Positions 39,944-49,222 of a stretch of 64,000 nucleotides of DNA are shown in pieces. The stretch comes from an uncultured Chloroflexia bacterium (GTDB lineage: Bacteria; Chloroflexota; Limnocylindria; Limnocylindrales; CSP1-4), in the NCBI GenBank assembly GCA_963755995.1, contig CAVWLQ010000003.1, forward strand, positions 388,734 to 452,733. The letters are read 5' to 3'. Each line of letters opens with the position of its first letter. Position 1 is the stretch's first letter. Position numbers and translations under genes: made by a program. The notes under the pieces are model-generated. The model did no database searches and was not told the origin of the DNA. It saw only the letters and a program-made list of their open reading frames with translations.

Positions 39944-41899
39944 TTACGGCAGGTCCACGCAGTTGCCGGTGTCCTGGTTCACCGAGTGGTTGGCGTTGGC
40001 GACGAGGATGCACATCTGGGTCGCGCCAGCCGGCTTGTCACTGACCTTGTAGCCCTTGAACGGGTTCGGTCCGGCGTAGACGAACCAGGGGCCTGCGCCG
40101 GGGATCCCGGCATCCACCGGCTTGACCGTGTCGAAGAAGAAGTGGACGTGCCGGCCGGGCAGCGCCGGCTTGTAGCCGAACGCCTGCCACTGGACGACGT
40201 ACGTGCTCCCACTCAGCGTGATCCCGTTGATCCGGGCCTGGCGACCGGCCGGTGTCGGGCTGGGCGTCGGGGCCGGGGTGGCCGTCGGTTCGACGGTCGG
40301 TGCGACGCTCGGCGCGACCGACGGGGCCACGGACGGAGCGACGCTCGGCGCGACTGACGGCGCGGTCGAGACCACCGCCACCGACGCGGCCGGGCTCTGC
40401 GATGCCCCGCCACCCGAGAGCATCCCGGACGCCCCGACGGCCACGACGGCGACGAGGATGACGGCCAGCACGGCGGCGATCGCGATCATCGCCCGGTTGT
40501 TCGACCCGGACCCGCCCGGCGATGCGCCCGCACCGCCCGGCGGCGGGGGAGTGGTCCCGGACGAGCCCCCGGCCGCACCGGCGGGCGTCGTCGTCGCCGG
40601 ACCGCCGGTGGGGGGGACGCCACCCGCTGCGGACGCTGCGCCCGCTGCGAGCGCGGCACCGGCGATCGGGGGCCCGCCCGCGGCACCGCCGCCCGCCGCG
40701 ACGGCGGCTCCGGCGGCAGGTTCGGTGGCACCGGGCTCCGTGCCGGAGGCGACCCCGGCCGCCGCGGCAAGACCGGTCGCAGCGGCGATCGCACCGGCAC
40801 CGGCCGCGGCGGCGGCCGCCTCATCGCCGGCCGCGCCACGACGGGCTTCGGCCACGACCGCCGCCCCGAGGGCCATGGAATGCTTGGGATGGGCGTCGAC
40901 GGCGATCGGCCGGCCGGTCGCCTCGCGGACCATCTCCGCGACGAGCGGGATCCGCGAGCTGCCGCCGACCAGGAGGATGCGGTCCACGCCGTCGAACTCG
41001 AGGCCCGCGCTCTTGACCGCCCGGCCGAGCGCGCCGATCGTCTCGGTGATCCGCGGGCGGATCATCTCCTCGAATTCCTCGCGGGTCAGCCGCATCTCGG
41101 TCTGCAGGCCGGGCAGGACGACCGAGATCGTCGTGTCCGTGTCCGACGACAGGGCCTCCTTGGCCCGCCGGCATTCCTCTCGCAGCCGGGCGATGGCGGC
41201 CAGAGTCGCGGGGTCGTCGGGGTTCACGACGGCGCCGGACGCGCGGACCATGGCCATGACCTTGGTGAAAAGCGCCTCGTCGAAGTCGATGCCGCCGAGC
41301 CGCTCCATCCCCTCCGGGCGGCCGAGCTGCTCGAACCCGGTCTCGGTCTTGCGGAGCATCGTCGCGTCGAAGGTGCCGCCGCCGAAGTCGTAGACCGCGA
41401 TGACCGCGCCGGCCGGGACCCGCTCCTGCTGGGCGTAGAAGACGGCGGCTGCCTCGGGCTCGGTCAGCAAGGTCACGTTGGCGAGGTCGGCCTGTCGGAT
41501 GGCCTGCTCGAGCAGGTCGATCTTGTACGCCCCGTAGCTCGCCGGATGGGTCACGACGATCGCGTCCGGGGCGGCCCCGGACTGGGTCGTCACCCGGGCG
41601 ACGATGGCGCGCAGGAGGTGGGCGAGCAGCGCCTCCGCGCCGTAGGGCGTGCCGCCGAGGATGATCGGGGTCGGGTCGCCGAGACGCCGCTTGAACTCGC
41701 GCGCGGTCCGCGTCGGCTCGGCCAGAGAGCGCCGTTCGGCCGCGTCGCCGGTCAGGACCTCGCCGTCGGCCCGGAGGACCACGATGGACGGGATCGTCGC
41801 CGCGCGCTCGCCCAGCTGGAAGATCTCGACCCGGTCGTCGTGCGCCGTCGCCGCGGCCGAGTAGGTCGTCCCCAGATCGATCCCGAGCGAGTACGCCAT
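39944..41899 (-). CDS. Hsp70/actin-fold ATPase fused to an Ala/Gly-rich linker, one TM and a small extracytoplasmic Cys-containing domain
   Basis: NBD motifs GIDLGTTYS, VYDFGGGTFD and LVGGSSRIP. No canonical substrate-binding domain follows. Instead there are about 110 aa of A/G/P-rich sequence, a TM (AMIAIAAVLAVILVAVVAVGA), (SVAP)n, and then ...INGITLSGSTYVVQWQAFGY...MCILVANANHSVNQDTGNCVDLP. SD GAGGGGAGA upstream of ATG 41899. Confidence 0.85.
   Translation of the reverse strand: MAYSLGIDLGTTYSAAATAHDDRVEIFQLGERAATIPSIVVLRADGEVLTGDAAERRSLAEPTRTAREFKRRLGDPTPIILGGTPYGAEALLAHLLRAIVARVTTQSGAAPDAIVVTHPASYGAYKIDLLEQAIRQADLANVTLLTEPEAAAVFYAQQERVPAGAVIAVYDFGGGTFDATMLRKTETGFEQLGRPEGMERLGGIDFDEALFTKVMAMVRASGAVVNPDDPATLAAIARLREECRRAKEALSSDTDTTISVVLPGLQTEMRLTREEFEEMIRPRITETIGALGRAVKSAGLEFDGVDRILLVGGSSRIPLVAEMVREATGRPIAVDAHPKHSMALGAAVVAEARRGAAGDEAAAAAAGAGAIAAATGLAAAAGVASGTEPGATEPAAGAAVAAGGGAAGGPPIAGAALAAGAASAAGGVPPTGGPATTTPAGAAGGSSGTTPPPPGGAGASPGGSGSNNRAMIAIAAVLAVILVAVVAVGASGMLSGGGASQSPAASVAVVSTAPSVAPSVAPSVAPSVAPSVAPTVEPTATPAPTPSPTPAGRQARINGITLSGSTYVVQWQAFGYKPALPGRHVHFFFDTVKPVDAGIPGAGPWFVYAGPNPFKGYKVSDKPAGATQMCILVANANHSVNQDTGNCVDLP
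40286..40369 (-). repeat. 12-bp in-frame tandem repeat x7 encoding (S/T)(V/T)(A/E)P
   Basis: Hand-phased on the minus strand: STAP, SVAP x5, TVEP. Confidence 0.7.
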
Positions 41900-41969
41900 C
41901 GATTCTCCCCTCGATCGCCGGCCGGCTGGCGACGAGTCTAGCGTGCCACCCGGCGCGATACCCGGAGGG

Positions 41970-41975
41970 TACACT
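41970..41975 (+). promoter_or_regulatory. putative -10 hexamer (TACACT), leaderless start of divergent dynamin gene
   Basis: TANNNT 7 nt upstream of ATG 41983, inside the 83-nt divergent intergenic region shared with the Hsp70 gene. Confidence 0.35.
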
Positions 41976-41982
41976 CGGCCGG

Positions 41983-43837
41983 ATGACGAACGGGGCCGTG
42001 CTGCCGCGAGCCGACGCGACCGCTCCGGCCGGCCCGTCGCCCGACCCGACGGCGGTCGCCGACATCGTCACCGCCGCGATCGAGCTGGCCCGCAGCCGCG
42101 GGCGCGAGGATCTCGTGAGGCGCCTGTCGGCGGTGGCCGAACGGGTCGCCCGGACCGACACGGTGGTCTGCGTCGTGGGCGAGTTCAAGAAGGGCAAGAG
42201 CGCGCTCATCAACGCGCTGCTCGGTGCGCCGGTGTGCCCGGTCGACGACGACCTCGCGACGATGGCCGTGACCGTCGTGCGCTACGCCCCGGAGCCCGGT
42301 GCGATCGTCCGGCGCCGTGAGGGCGGGGAGCTCATCGTCGAGGCCATCCCGGCCGACGAGGCGAGCCGCTGGGTCGCCGAGCGCGACGGGGACGACCGGC
42401 GCTACGGCGTGGAGGTCGTCGAGGTCGGCCTGCCCGACCCGTTCCTCGAGCGGGGGATCGCGCTCGTCGACACGCCCGGCGTCGGGGGGCTGAACGCCGC
42501 CCACGCGGCCGCGACCCTGGCCTTCCTGCCTTCGGCCGATGCGCTCGTGTTCGTGACCGATGCCTCGGCCGAGCTGTCCGCTCCCGAGCTGGCCTTCCTC
42601 GCCAGTGCCATGCGCGCGGGCCCGCCGATCCTGATCGCGGTGACCAAGGTGGACATCTACCCCGAATGGCGGCGCATCGTCGCGATCGACGAGGGCCGCC
42701 TGACCGCCATGGGCCTGGCCGACCCGCCGTTCCCGCTCAGCTCGGTCCTGCGGACGCACGCGCTGGCCACGGGCGACCCGAGCTTCGAGGCGGAGAGCGG
42801 CTATCCGCGCTTCGCCGCGGCGCTGGCCGAGGACGTCGTGGGCCGGGCGCGCGCGGCGTCCCTCGCGAGCGCCCTGGCCCAGGTCCTGCCCGCCCTCGAC
42901 CAGCTGCGCGAGTCGCCGGCGGCCGAGCAGGCGGTGCTCGACGATCCGGCCGCCGCCGCGCGCCTGACGACCGACCTGCGCGAGGTCCGCGGCCGCCTCG
43001 CGACCCTGGCCGCGGCCGATGCCTCCTGGTCGGTCCGCCTGGAGGACGAGTTCGCGTCCCTGCGCACCCGGACCGGGTTCGCGTTCCAGGCCCGGATGCG
43101 CGCGCTCCAGCGCGAGCTCCAGGACGAGATCGAGCGGATCGACCCGGCCCGGGCATGGCCCGAGGTCAGCCAGCGGATCCAGGCCGACACGGCGGCCGCG
43201 GTCCGGGCCGCGTTCCTCGAGGCGACCGACGGCGCGGCCGCGATCCAGGGGACCATCGCCGGGCTCCTCGCGGACGAGACCCCCGGGCTCGACGGGGTGG
43301 GCGCGCCGGTCTCGTTCGACGTGGCCACGTTGTGGCAGGGCGGCCCGACCTTCGATGGACGCGCCAGGTCCGGCCTGGCGGCCAGCCTCGGCCTGTTCGG
43401 CGGGGCCAGCGTCGGGGTCGAGATGCTGGGCATGCTCGGCACCCTGCTCGGGGCGGCGGTGGTCGGCCCGGCGGCGCTTGGGCGTGGCGGCGGTCTTCGG
43501 CGGCAAGGAGGTCCTGAGCGAGCGGCGTCGCCAGCTGGCCGACCGGCGCCAGCAGGCGCGGGCCTTCCTCGGGACGTTCCTCGAGGAGGTCCGGTTCGAG
43601 GCCGACGGCCGGCTCGCCTCGCTCCTCGACGACGTCCAGCGCCAGATGCGCGCCCGCTTCGCCGACCGGATCCACGAGCTCCGGCGGACCTTCGCCGAGA
43701 CCGCCGAGGCCCTCGAACGGGCCGCTGCCCAGGCAGACGAGGCGGCGGGGGCCAGGCGGCCGGAGCTGGCCGCGGAGCTGGCCGAGATCGATGCCCTGCG
43801 AGCCCGCGCGGTGGACCCGCCGATGCTGGCCGGCTGA
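41983..43837 (+). pseudogene. bacterial dynamin-like GTPase (about 618 aa, IniA-like size) with hydrophobic paddle; one apparent +1 frameshift near 43480
   Basis: G1 GEFKKGKSALINAL, G3 VDTPGVGG, G4 TKVD. Paddle: GLAASLGLFGGASVGVEMLGMLGTLLGAAVVGPAALG. The C-terminal 118 aa (VAAVFGGKEVLSERRRQLADRRQQ...) continue in the frame of ORF 43019..43837. Confidence 0.75.
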
Positions 43838-44159
43838 GGCCAATCGGATGGCGGGGGAAGGACGATTCGGGGTGGAATCGTGGTCATGCCGTCTGCTACA
43901 GTCACGGCCTTGGCATCGTCTCAGGCGAGGGTGAGTCCAGGGACGGTCACCGGGAGAGTGGGGACCCGGCACGCGGCACGGATCGACGGGGGGAAGACCG
44001 ACGACGATCCGGACCAGAGGGTCGGGACAACGGGGCCGATCACGTTTCCACCCACCCTTCGACGGCGACCGCCCGGGACCACCCATCGGCGAGGCCGCAC
44101 CGTGTCGCGCCGCGGGCGAATGAGGGATCCGTCCCCCGTATGGACGTCAAACGGCTGGA

Positions 44160-44993
44160 GTGGTGGACTTGAAGCGAATCCTGATCATCCTCTCTGAGTT
44201 CGGCTACTGGGGCGAGGAGCTCGTCGGCCCCCTCGAGACCTTCGACGAAGCCGGCTACCAGATCGATTTCGCGACGCCCAAGGGCGGGCGACCGACTCCC
44301 TTGCCGCCGAGCATGGACCCGCAGTACATCGACCCGCCGCTCGGCAAGTCCGTGACGTCACAGGAGGTCGCGGACAAGGTCAAGGCGCTCGACGCCTCGC
44401 ATCGCTACGACAAGCCGATCGACATCTCCAGCTGGATCCCGGAGCGTCCGTACTACAGCTCGCCGACGCTGCTGCGCGACATGGAGGCGTACTACGCACG
44501 CCTTGACGAGGTCCAGAAGGAGATCGAGGAGAAGTACGACGCGATCCTGCTCGTCGGCGGCAGCGGCCCGATCGTCGACATCGCCAACAACGACCGGATC
44601 CACGCCCTGATCCTGCTCTTCCAGAAGCTCAACAAGCCGATCGGCGCCGAGTGCTACGGCGTGGCCGCGCTGGCCTTCGCCCGCGACCTCGACAACCGCG
44701 AGAGCATCATCACCGGCAAGCGCGTCACCGGCCACTGCAAGGAGTACGACTACAAGGACGGGACCGGCTTCATCGGGGTCATGTTCAACATGGGCCCGCC
44801 GCCGTATCCGCTCGAGTACATCCTCCGCGACGCGACCGCGCCCGAAGGCGAGTACATCGGGAACGTCGGCCATGCGACCTCGGTCATCGTCGACTACCCG
44901 TTCATCACCGGTCGCTCCACACCGGACTCGTACCTCACGGGCGAGAAGATGGTCGAGGTGCTCGAAGAGGGCCTGACCCGGTATGGCTGGTAG
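44160..44993 (+). CDS. DJ-1/PfpI-superfamily (class I glutamine amidotransferase-like, Hsp31-like) protein
   Basis: ILIILSEFGYWGEEL...AILLVGGSGP...KPIGAECYGVAAL (nucleophile-elbow Cys). GTG start; alternative starts at 44163 or 44169. Confidence 0.7.
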   Translation: MVDLKRILIILSEFGYWGEELVGPLETFDEAGYQIDFATPKGGRPTPLPPSMDPQYIDPPLGKSVTSQEVADKVKALDASHRYDKPIDISSWIPERPYYSSPTLLRDMEAYYARLDEVQKEIEEKYDAILLVGGSGPIVDIANNDRIHALILLFQKLNKPIGAECYGVAALAFARDLDNRESIITGKRVTGHCKEYDYKDGTGFIGVMFNMGPPPYPLEYILRDATAPEGEYIGNVGHATSVIVDYPFITGRSTPDSYLTGEKMVEVLEEGLTRYGW

Positions 44994-46743
44994 CTCCGTC
45001 AGTCCGGCGCTGGACGACGGGGTGGCCACGACGAGGACGGGGCGCTACGCGATCCTCGAGCAACTGCTGGCCGACGAGGTCGGCTACATCTTCGGCAACC
45101 CGGGGACCGTCGAGCAGGGCTTTTTGGACGCCCTCGGGAGCTATCCGGACCTGCCCTACATCCTGACCCTCCAGGAGACGATCGCCGTCGCCATCGGCGA
45201 CGGCTACGCCCGGGCGCGGCATCATCCGGCCGTCGTCCAGCTCCACAGCGGGGTCGGCCTCGGCAACGGCATCGGGATGCTCTACCAGGCCAAGCGCGGC
45301 GGGACGCCGCTCGTGGTCATCGCCGGCGAATCGGGCATCAAGTACGACGCGATGGACGCCCAGATGGCGGCCGACCTCGTGTCGATGGCGCGGCCGGTGA
45401 CCAAGTGGGCGACCCGCGTCGTCGACCCGGGCTCCGTCCTGCGGGTCCTCCGGCGAGCGATCAAGATCGCCGGCACGGCGCCGACCGGACCGGTCTTCGT
45501 GTGCCTGCCGGCGGACGTCCTCGACGCGCCCAACACCGAGGCCGTCATCAAGACCGCGATGCCGGCCACCCGGGTCGTCCCGGAGCCCGGCCTCGTCGCG
45601 GAGGCGGCGACGCTCCTGGCCGGCGCGGAGCATCCGCTGATCATCATGGGCGACGGCATCTCGATGTCCGGGGCCCAGGCCGAGCTCACCCGCGTCGCCG
45701 AGCTCCTCGGCGCCGAGGTCTGGGGGGCCAACTCGTCCGAGGTCAACATCGACGAGACGCACCCGCTGTTCCGGGGCAACCTCGGCCACATGTTCGGCCA
45801 CCACAGCGGGCCGCTCGTCGGCCCGGCCGACGCGGTGCTGATCGTCGGCACGTACGTCTTCCCGGAGGTCTTCCCGGCCCTGGCGGACGTCTTCTCGCCC
45901 GGGACCCGGGTCGTCCACGTCGATCTCGACGCCTACGAGATCGCCAAGAACTTCCCGGTCGACCTGGGCATCGTCGCCGACCCGAAGCTGACCCTGGCGG
46001 CGCTCGCGGTCGTCCTGGATCAGCAGCTGGCGCCGGCCGCCCGCGAGGCCGCCGGCCGGCGGATCGACGGCCGGCGGGCCGCTCGCGAACAGGCGGCCGC
46101 GGCGATGCGCGACGCGGACCTCGAGGCACGCCGGTCGGTCCCGCTCCACGCATCGGAGTTCATGGAGGCCCTGGCAGCCCGGCTGCCGGCCGACGCGATC
46201 GTCTTCGACGAGGCCCTGACGTTCTCGCCGGAGGTCACCCAGTACCTGCCGCCGCGCGTGCCCGGCTCGTTCTTCCAGACCCGGGGCGGGTCGCTCGGGG
46301 TCGGCATCCCGGGCGCGATCGGCGCCAAGCTGGCCCACCCCGACCGGACGGTCGTCGGGTTCACCGGCGACGGCGGCAGCATGTACACGATCCAGGCGCT
46401 GTGGACCGCGGCCCACCACCGGATCGGGGCCAAGTTCGTGATCCTCGACAACGGGGCGTACCAGCTCCTCCGGCTGAACATCCAGCAGTACTGGAAGGAC
46501 CTCGGTCTCCCGGAGAACCCGTTCCCCGCGTCGTTCGACCTGGGCGATCCGGACATCCGGTTCGACGTGCTGGCCGAGGCGATGGGCGTCGACGCCCTGC
46601 GCGTCGCGACGCGCGAGGAGATCGGCCCGGCGCTCGACGCCGCGCTCGCCGACGACCGCCCATTCCTGATCGATCTCGTCGTCAACAACGACGTCCGCAA
46701 CGACGTCGCCCAGGGCAAGCATCTCAAGGCCGGCCAGTCGTGA
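44983..46743 (+). CDS. thiamine-diphosphate enzyme, benzoylformate-decarboxylase/acetolactate-synthase-like
   Basis: YIFGNPGTVEQGFLDAL..., ...GVGLGNGIGMLYQAKRGGTPLVVIAGE, and the ThDP motif GDGGSMYTIQALWTAA...FVILDNGAY. The start could alternatively be GTG 45022. Confidence 0.85.
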   Translation: MAGSSVSPALDDGVATTRTGRYAILEQLLADEVGYIFGNPGTVEQGFLDALGSYPDLPYILTLQETIAVAIGDGYARARHHPAVVQLHSGVGLGNGIGMLYQAKRGGTPLVVIAGESGIKYDAMDAQMAADLVSMARPVTKWATRVVDPGSVLRVLRRAIKIAGTAPTGPVFVCLPADVLDAPNTEAVIKTAMPATRVVPEPGLVAEAATLLAGAEHPLIIMGDGISMSGAQAELTRVAELLGAEVWGANSSEVNIDETHPLFRGNLGHMFGHHSGPLVGPADAVLIVGTYVFPEVFPALADVFSPGTRVVHVDLDAYEIAKNFPVDLGIVADPKLTLAALAVVLDQQLAPAAREAAGRRIDGRRAAREQAAAAMRDADLEARRSVPLHASEFMEALAARLPADAIVFDEALTFSPEVTQYLPPRVPGSFFQTRGGSLGVGIPGAIGAKLAHPDRTVVGFTGDGGSMYTIQALWTAAHHRIGAKFVILDNGAYQLLRLNIQQYWKDLGLPENPFPASFDLGDPDIRFDVLAEAMGVDALRVATREEIGPALDAALADDRPFLIDLVVNNDVRNDVAQGKHLKAGQS

Positions 46744-46765
46744 GCCGGAGCAGGGGAGGATCGCG

Positions 46766-47200
46766 ATGACGGATCTCGACGAGTCGGAGGTCAAGGCGTT
46801 GGTCGACGCCTGGTACAAGGCGCTCGACGTGCACGCGCCGGTCGACCAGGTCGTGGCGATGGTCGCGGCGGACGGCCTCGAGTGCTACTGGCCGGAGGGT
46901 CCGACCTTCGGAGTGGACGAGTTCAAGGGCTGGTACGACCGGGTCACCCACACCTTCTTCGACGAAGTCCACACGATGAAGGAGCTGGAGATCACGCCCC
47001 GAGGCGACCAGGCTGACGTGAAGCTCGTCGTCAACTGGCAGGCCAAGGTCTGGAACCCGCCGGACGCGACCAGCAAGTGGCTCGGCATGGACGCCCGCCA
47101 GACGTGGGTCGTGGCGCGCGCCGCGGACGGCGGCCGGCCCGTCATCCAGAAGTACGTCGTCGACGGCATGGACCTGATGCCCGGCTCGTCGACGCTCTGA
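46766..47200 (+). CDS. NTF2-fold protein (ketosteroid-isomerase/SnoaL_2-like)
   Basis: 144 aa with an alpha+beta cone pattern (VKALVDAWYKALD...VVNWQAKVW...TWVVARAADGGRPVIQKYVVD). SD GGGGAGGA upstream. Confidence 0.55.
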   Translation: MTDLDESEVKALVDAWYKALDVHAPVDQVVAMVAADGLECYWPEGPTFGVDEFKGWYDRVTHTFFDEVHTMKELEITPRGDQADVKLVVNWQAKVWNPPDATSKWLGMDARQTWVVARAADGGRPVIQKYVVDGMDLMPGSSTL

Positions 47201-47202
47201 GC

Positions 47203-47241
47203 GGATCCGCGGCCGCACCCGCCACCACGGCGGCCGCATCC
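47203..47241 (+). other. intergenic hairpin built on two NotI-type GCGGCCGC palindromes
   Basis: GGATCCGCGGCCGC-(13 nt)-GGCGGCCGCATCC: an 8-9 bp GC stem plus a 4-bp extension after a 2-nt bulge, with no U-tract. It lies in the only long (131-nt) gap inside the operon. Confidence 0.3.
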
Positions 47242-47331
47242 GCCGCCTACGAAAGGGGGCTCGCCTGACTCGAGGACGCGCTATCACTCGGACCGCATCG
47301 GATCAGCTCAACGACGAACGGAGGGAATCCC

Positions 47332-47832
47332 GTGGCAACTGACGCAGCCGTCCACCCCGCGATGGCGGTCGTGGGCAAGATGTACGAGTGTTTCGGCAAG
47401 GGCGACATGGCGACCCTGAAGACCGACGTCTTCGCCCCGGACATCACCTGGGCCCTGCCGGGCCACCACCCGCTGTCGGGCGTCAAGAACGGCCCGGATG
47501 AGGTCATCGCGTTCTTCGCCGCCTTGATGCAGACCGGCATCAAGGTGGACAACGTCACCTTCGGCACGATGGGCGACGACCAGGTCGTCGAGAAGCACAC
47601 CGGGCACGGCATCCTGACCAACGGCGAAGAGATCATCTTCCCGACCTGCAGCCACTACACGATCAAGGACGGCAAGATCGCCAAGGTCCAGGTCTACACG
47701 GCGGACCAGCACGGCGTGGATCGCTATTTCTGGGCGATGTACGACCTCAAGCCGATCCCCGGCCGGCTCGACAACCACGACACGTCGAACCTGGACGATC
47801 CCAACGTCCCGCTCCGCACCGACAAGGCGTAG
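47332..47832 (+). CDS. NTF2-fold protein (SnoaL_2-like)
   Basis: VVGKMYECFGKGDMATLKTDVFAPDITWALPGHHPLSG...HYTIKDGKIAKVQVY. SD ACGGAGGGA upstream of the GTG. Confidence 0.6.
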   Translation: MATDAAVHPAMAVVGKMYECFGKGDMATLKTDVFAPDITWALPGHHPLSGVKNGPDEVIAFFAALMQTGIKVDNVTFGTMGDDQVVEKHTGHGILTNGEEIIFPTCSHYTIKDGKIAKVQVYTADQHGVDRYFWAMYDLKPIPGRLDNHDTSNLDDPNVPLRTDKA

Positions 47833-47835
47833 GCG

Positions 47836-48264
47836 ATGGCTGACATCACCGCCGATCGGGTCAAGAGCGCCTACAAGGCCCTCGCCACCGGCGATCGCAA
47901 CCTCATCGCGGAGTTCTGGGCGGAGGAGATGGTCTGGCAGGTCCCGGGCCACAACCACCTGTCCGGCTGGTACCACGGCCTCGACGAGTTCCTCGGGTTC
48001 ATGGGCCAGGTCGGCGCCCTGTCCGCCGGCAGCTTCAACATGGAGACGATCAGCGTCATCGTCGAAGCGGACTGGTCGGCGGACATCACCCGCAACCAGG
48101 GCAAGCGGGCGGACAGCGAGAAGAAGCTCGACATCGAGGTCGTCCACGTGCTCCGCTGGACCGACGGCAAGGTCGTCGCCGGCAAGGGCGCGATCTTCGG
48201 CGACGGGACGACCGAGTACGACCAGTTCTGGTCGCGTGCGCCGGTCGTCGGCGACACCCAGTAG
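47836..48264 (+). CDS. NTF2-fold protein (SnoaL_2-like), paralogue of the preceding gene
   Basis: VKSAYKALATGDRNLIAEFWAEEMVWQVPGHNHLSG...LRWTDGKVVAGKG. It has the same W-x-(L/V)PGH-x-x-LSG signature as 47332. Gap of 3 nt. Confidence 0.6.
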   Translation: MADITADRVKSAYKALATGDRNLIAEFWAEEMVWQVPGHNHLSGWYHGLDEFLGFMGQVGALSAGSFNMETISVIVEADWSADITRNQGKRADSEKKLDIEVVHVLRWTDGKVVAGKGAIFGDGTTEYDQFWSRAPVVGDTQ

Positions 48265-48302
48265 CTCGCCGGTCAGCGGCACAGCCCGACAGGAGCGCAA
48301 CG

Positions 48303-48665
48303 ATGCCGATCATCACGATCCAGTTCATCAAGGACGTCGTGGCCAACGACGAGCAGAAGCAGGAGCTGCTCGTGAAGATGACCGACACCTTCATCTCGGT
48401 GGTGGGTGAGGTCGCCCGGCCGTTCGTCTACTGCATCATCCAGGAGACCCCGCAGATGGAATGGTCCATCGGCGGCAAGGCCATGCCGGATCTCGCATTC
48501 CTGATCGGGCCGGAGTACACCGCCCAGAAGGACAAGTCGAACGAGATCATGAGCGCGTTCGTCGAGTCGTCCAAGGCAGACCACGACGCGGCCGGCGGCG
48601 ACCCGAACAAGGACCACCTCGCCGAGAAGATGTGGGCGGCGCCGCCGGCCCCGAAGACCGAATAG
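48303..48665 (+). CDS. 4-oxalocrotonate-tautomerase-family protein with about 55-aa C-terminal extension
   Basis: MPIITIQFIKD... (Pro1 after Met removal, beta-alpha-beta unit). SD AGGAGC upstream. Confidence 0.55.
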   Translation: MPIITIQFIKDVVANDEQKQELLVKMTDTFISVVGEVARPFVYCIIQETPQMEWSIGGKAMPDLAFLIGPEYTAQKDKSNEIMSAFVESSKADHDAAGGDPNKDHLAEKMWAAPPAPKTE

Positions 48666-48681
48666 GGGCCGGGAGGACCAG

Positions 48682-49158
48682 ATGCCAGACGCCGAGCACA
48701 CGTACACCGCCCAGGAGGAGGCCGCGATGGCCGTCATCCGCCGGTGGTGCGATGAGGGTTGGACGAAGGGCCATGTCGAGGTGGCGGACGAGATCATCCA
48801 CCCGAACTTCAAGGTCCACGGCGCGGGCGGCCAGGTCATCGAGCCCGGCATCGAGGGCCTGAAGCAGCTCGTCACCGCCTGGCGGACGGGGTTCCCGGAC
48901 GCCGTCCAGCGGGTCGACAAGATCATGGCCCTGGGCGACACCGTCGTCGTCCGGCTGACCTGGGAGGGCACCCACCTGGGCGAGTTCATGGGCACGCCGC
49001 CGACCGGCAAGAAGGTCAGCGTCGAGACCATCGGGATCGACCGCGTCGTCGACGGCAAGGTCGTCGAAGGCTGGGGCCAGCTCGACATGCTGGGTCTGCT
49101 GACGACGATCGGCGCCATGGTGCCGGCCGCTCCGGCGGCCGAGCCCGCCAAGAGTTGA
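48682..49158 (+). CDS. SnoaL-like ester cyclase family protein (single NTF2 domain)
   Basis: VIRRWCDEGWTKGHVEVADEII...EGTHLGEFMGTPPTGKKVSVETIGIDRVVDGKVVEGWGQLDMLGLLTTIG. Confidence 0.7.
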   Translation: MPDAEHTYTAQEEAAMAVIRRWCDEGWTKGHVEVADEIIHPNFKVHGAGGQVIEPGIEGLKQLVTAWRTGFPDAVQRVDKIMALGDTVVVRLTWEGTHLGEFMGTPPTGKKVSVETIGIDRVVDGKVVEGWGQLDMLGLLTTIGAMVPAAPAAEPAKS

Positions 49159-49222
49159 TCCCGGGCTAGGTACGGCTCCGGCCGGGTGCCCCGAGGGTCG
49201 CGCATTGGAAGGAAGGACGCTC

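Noticed and set aside
43838-44159. Assignment of the long leader to a specific riboswitch class (cobalamin, TPP, SAM-IV, glycine, c-di-AMP, guanidine-I).
   Set aside because: Only fragmentary resemblances appear (e.g. CUCAGGC, GGGAGAG, GGGGACCC), in the wrong order or context. I could not assemble a complete consensus core by eye. It is kept only as an unclassified candidate.
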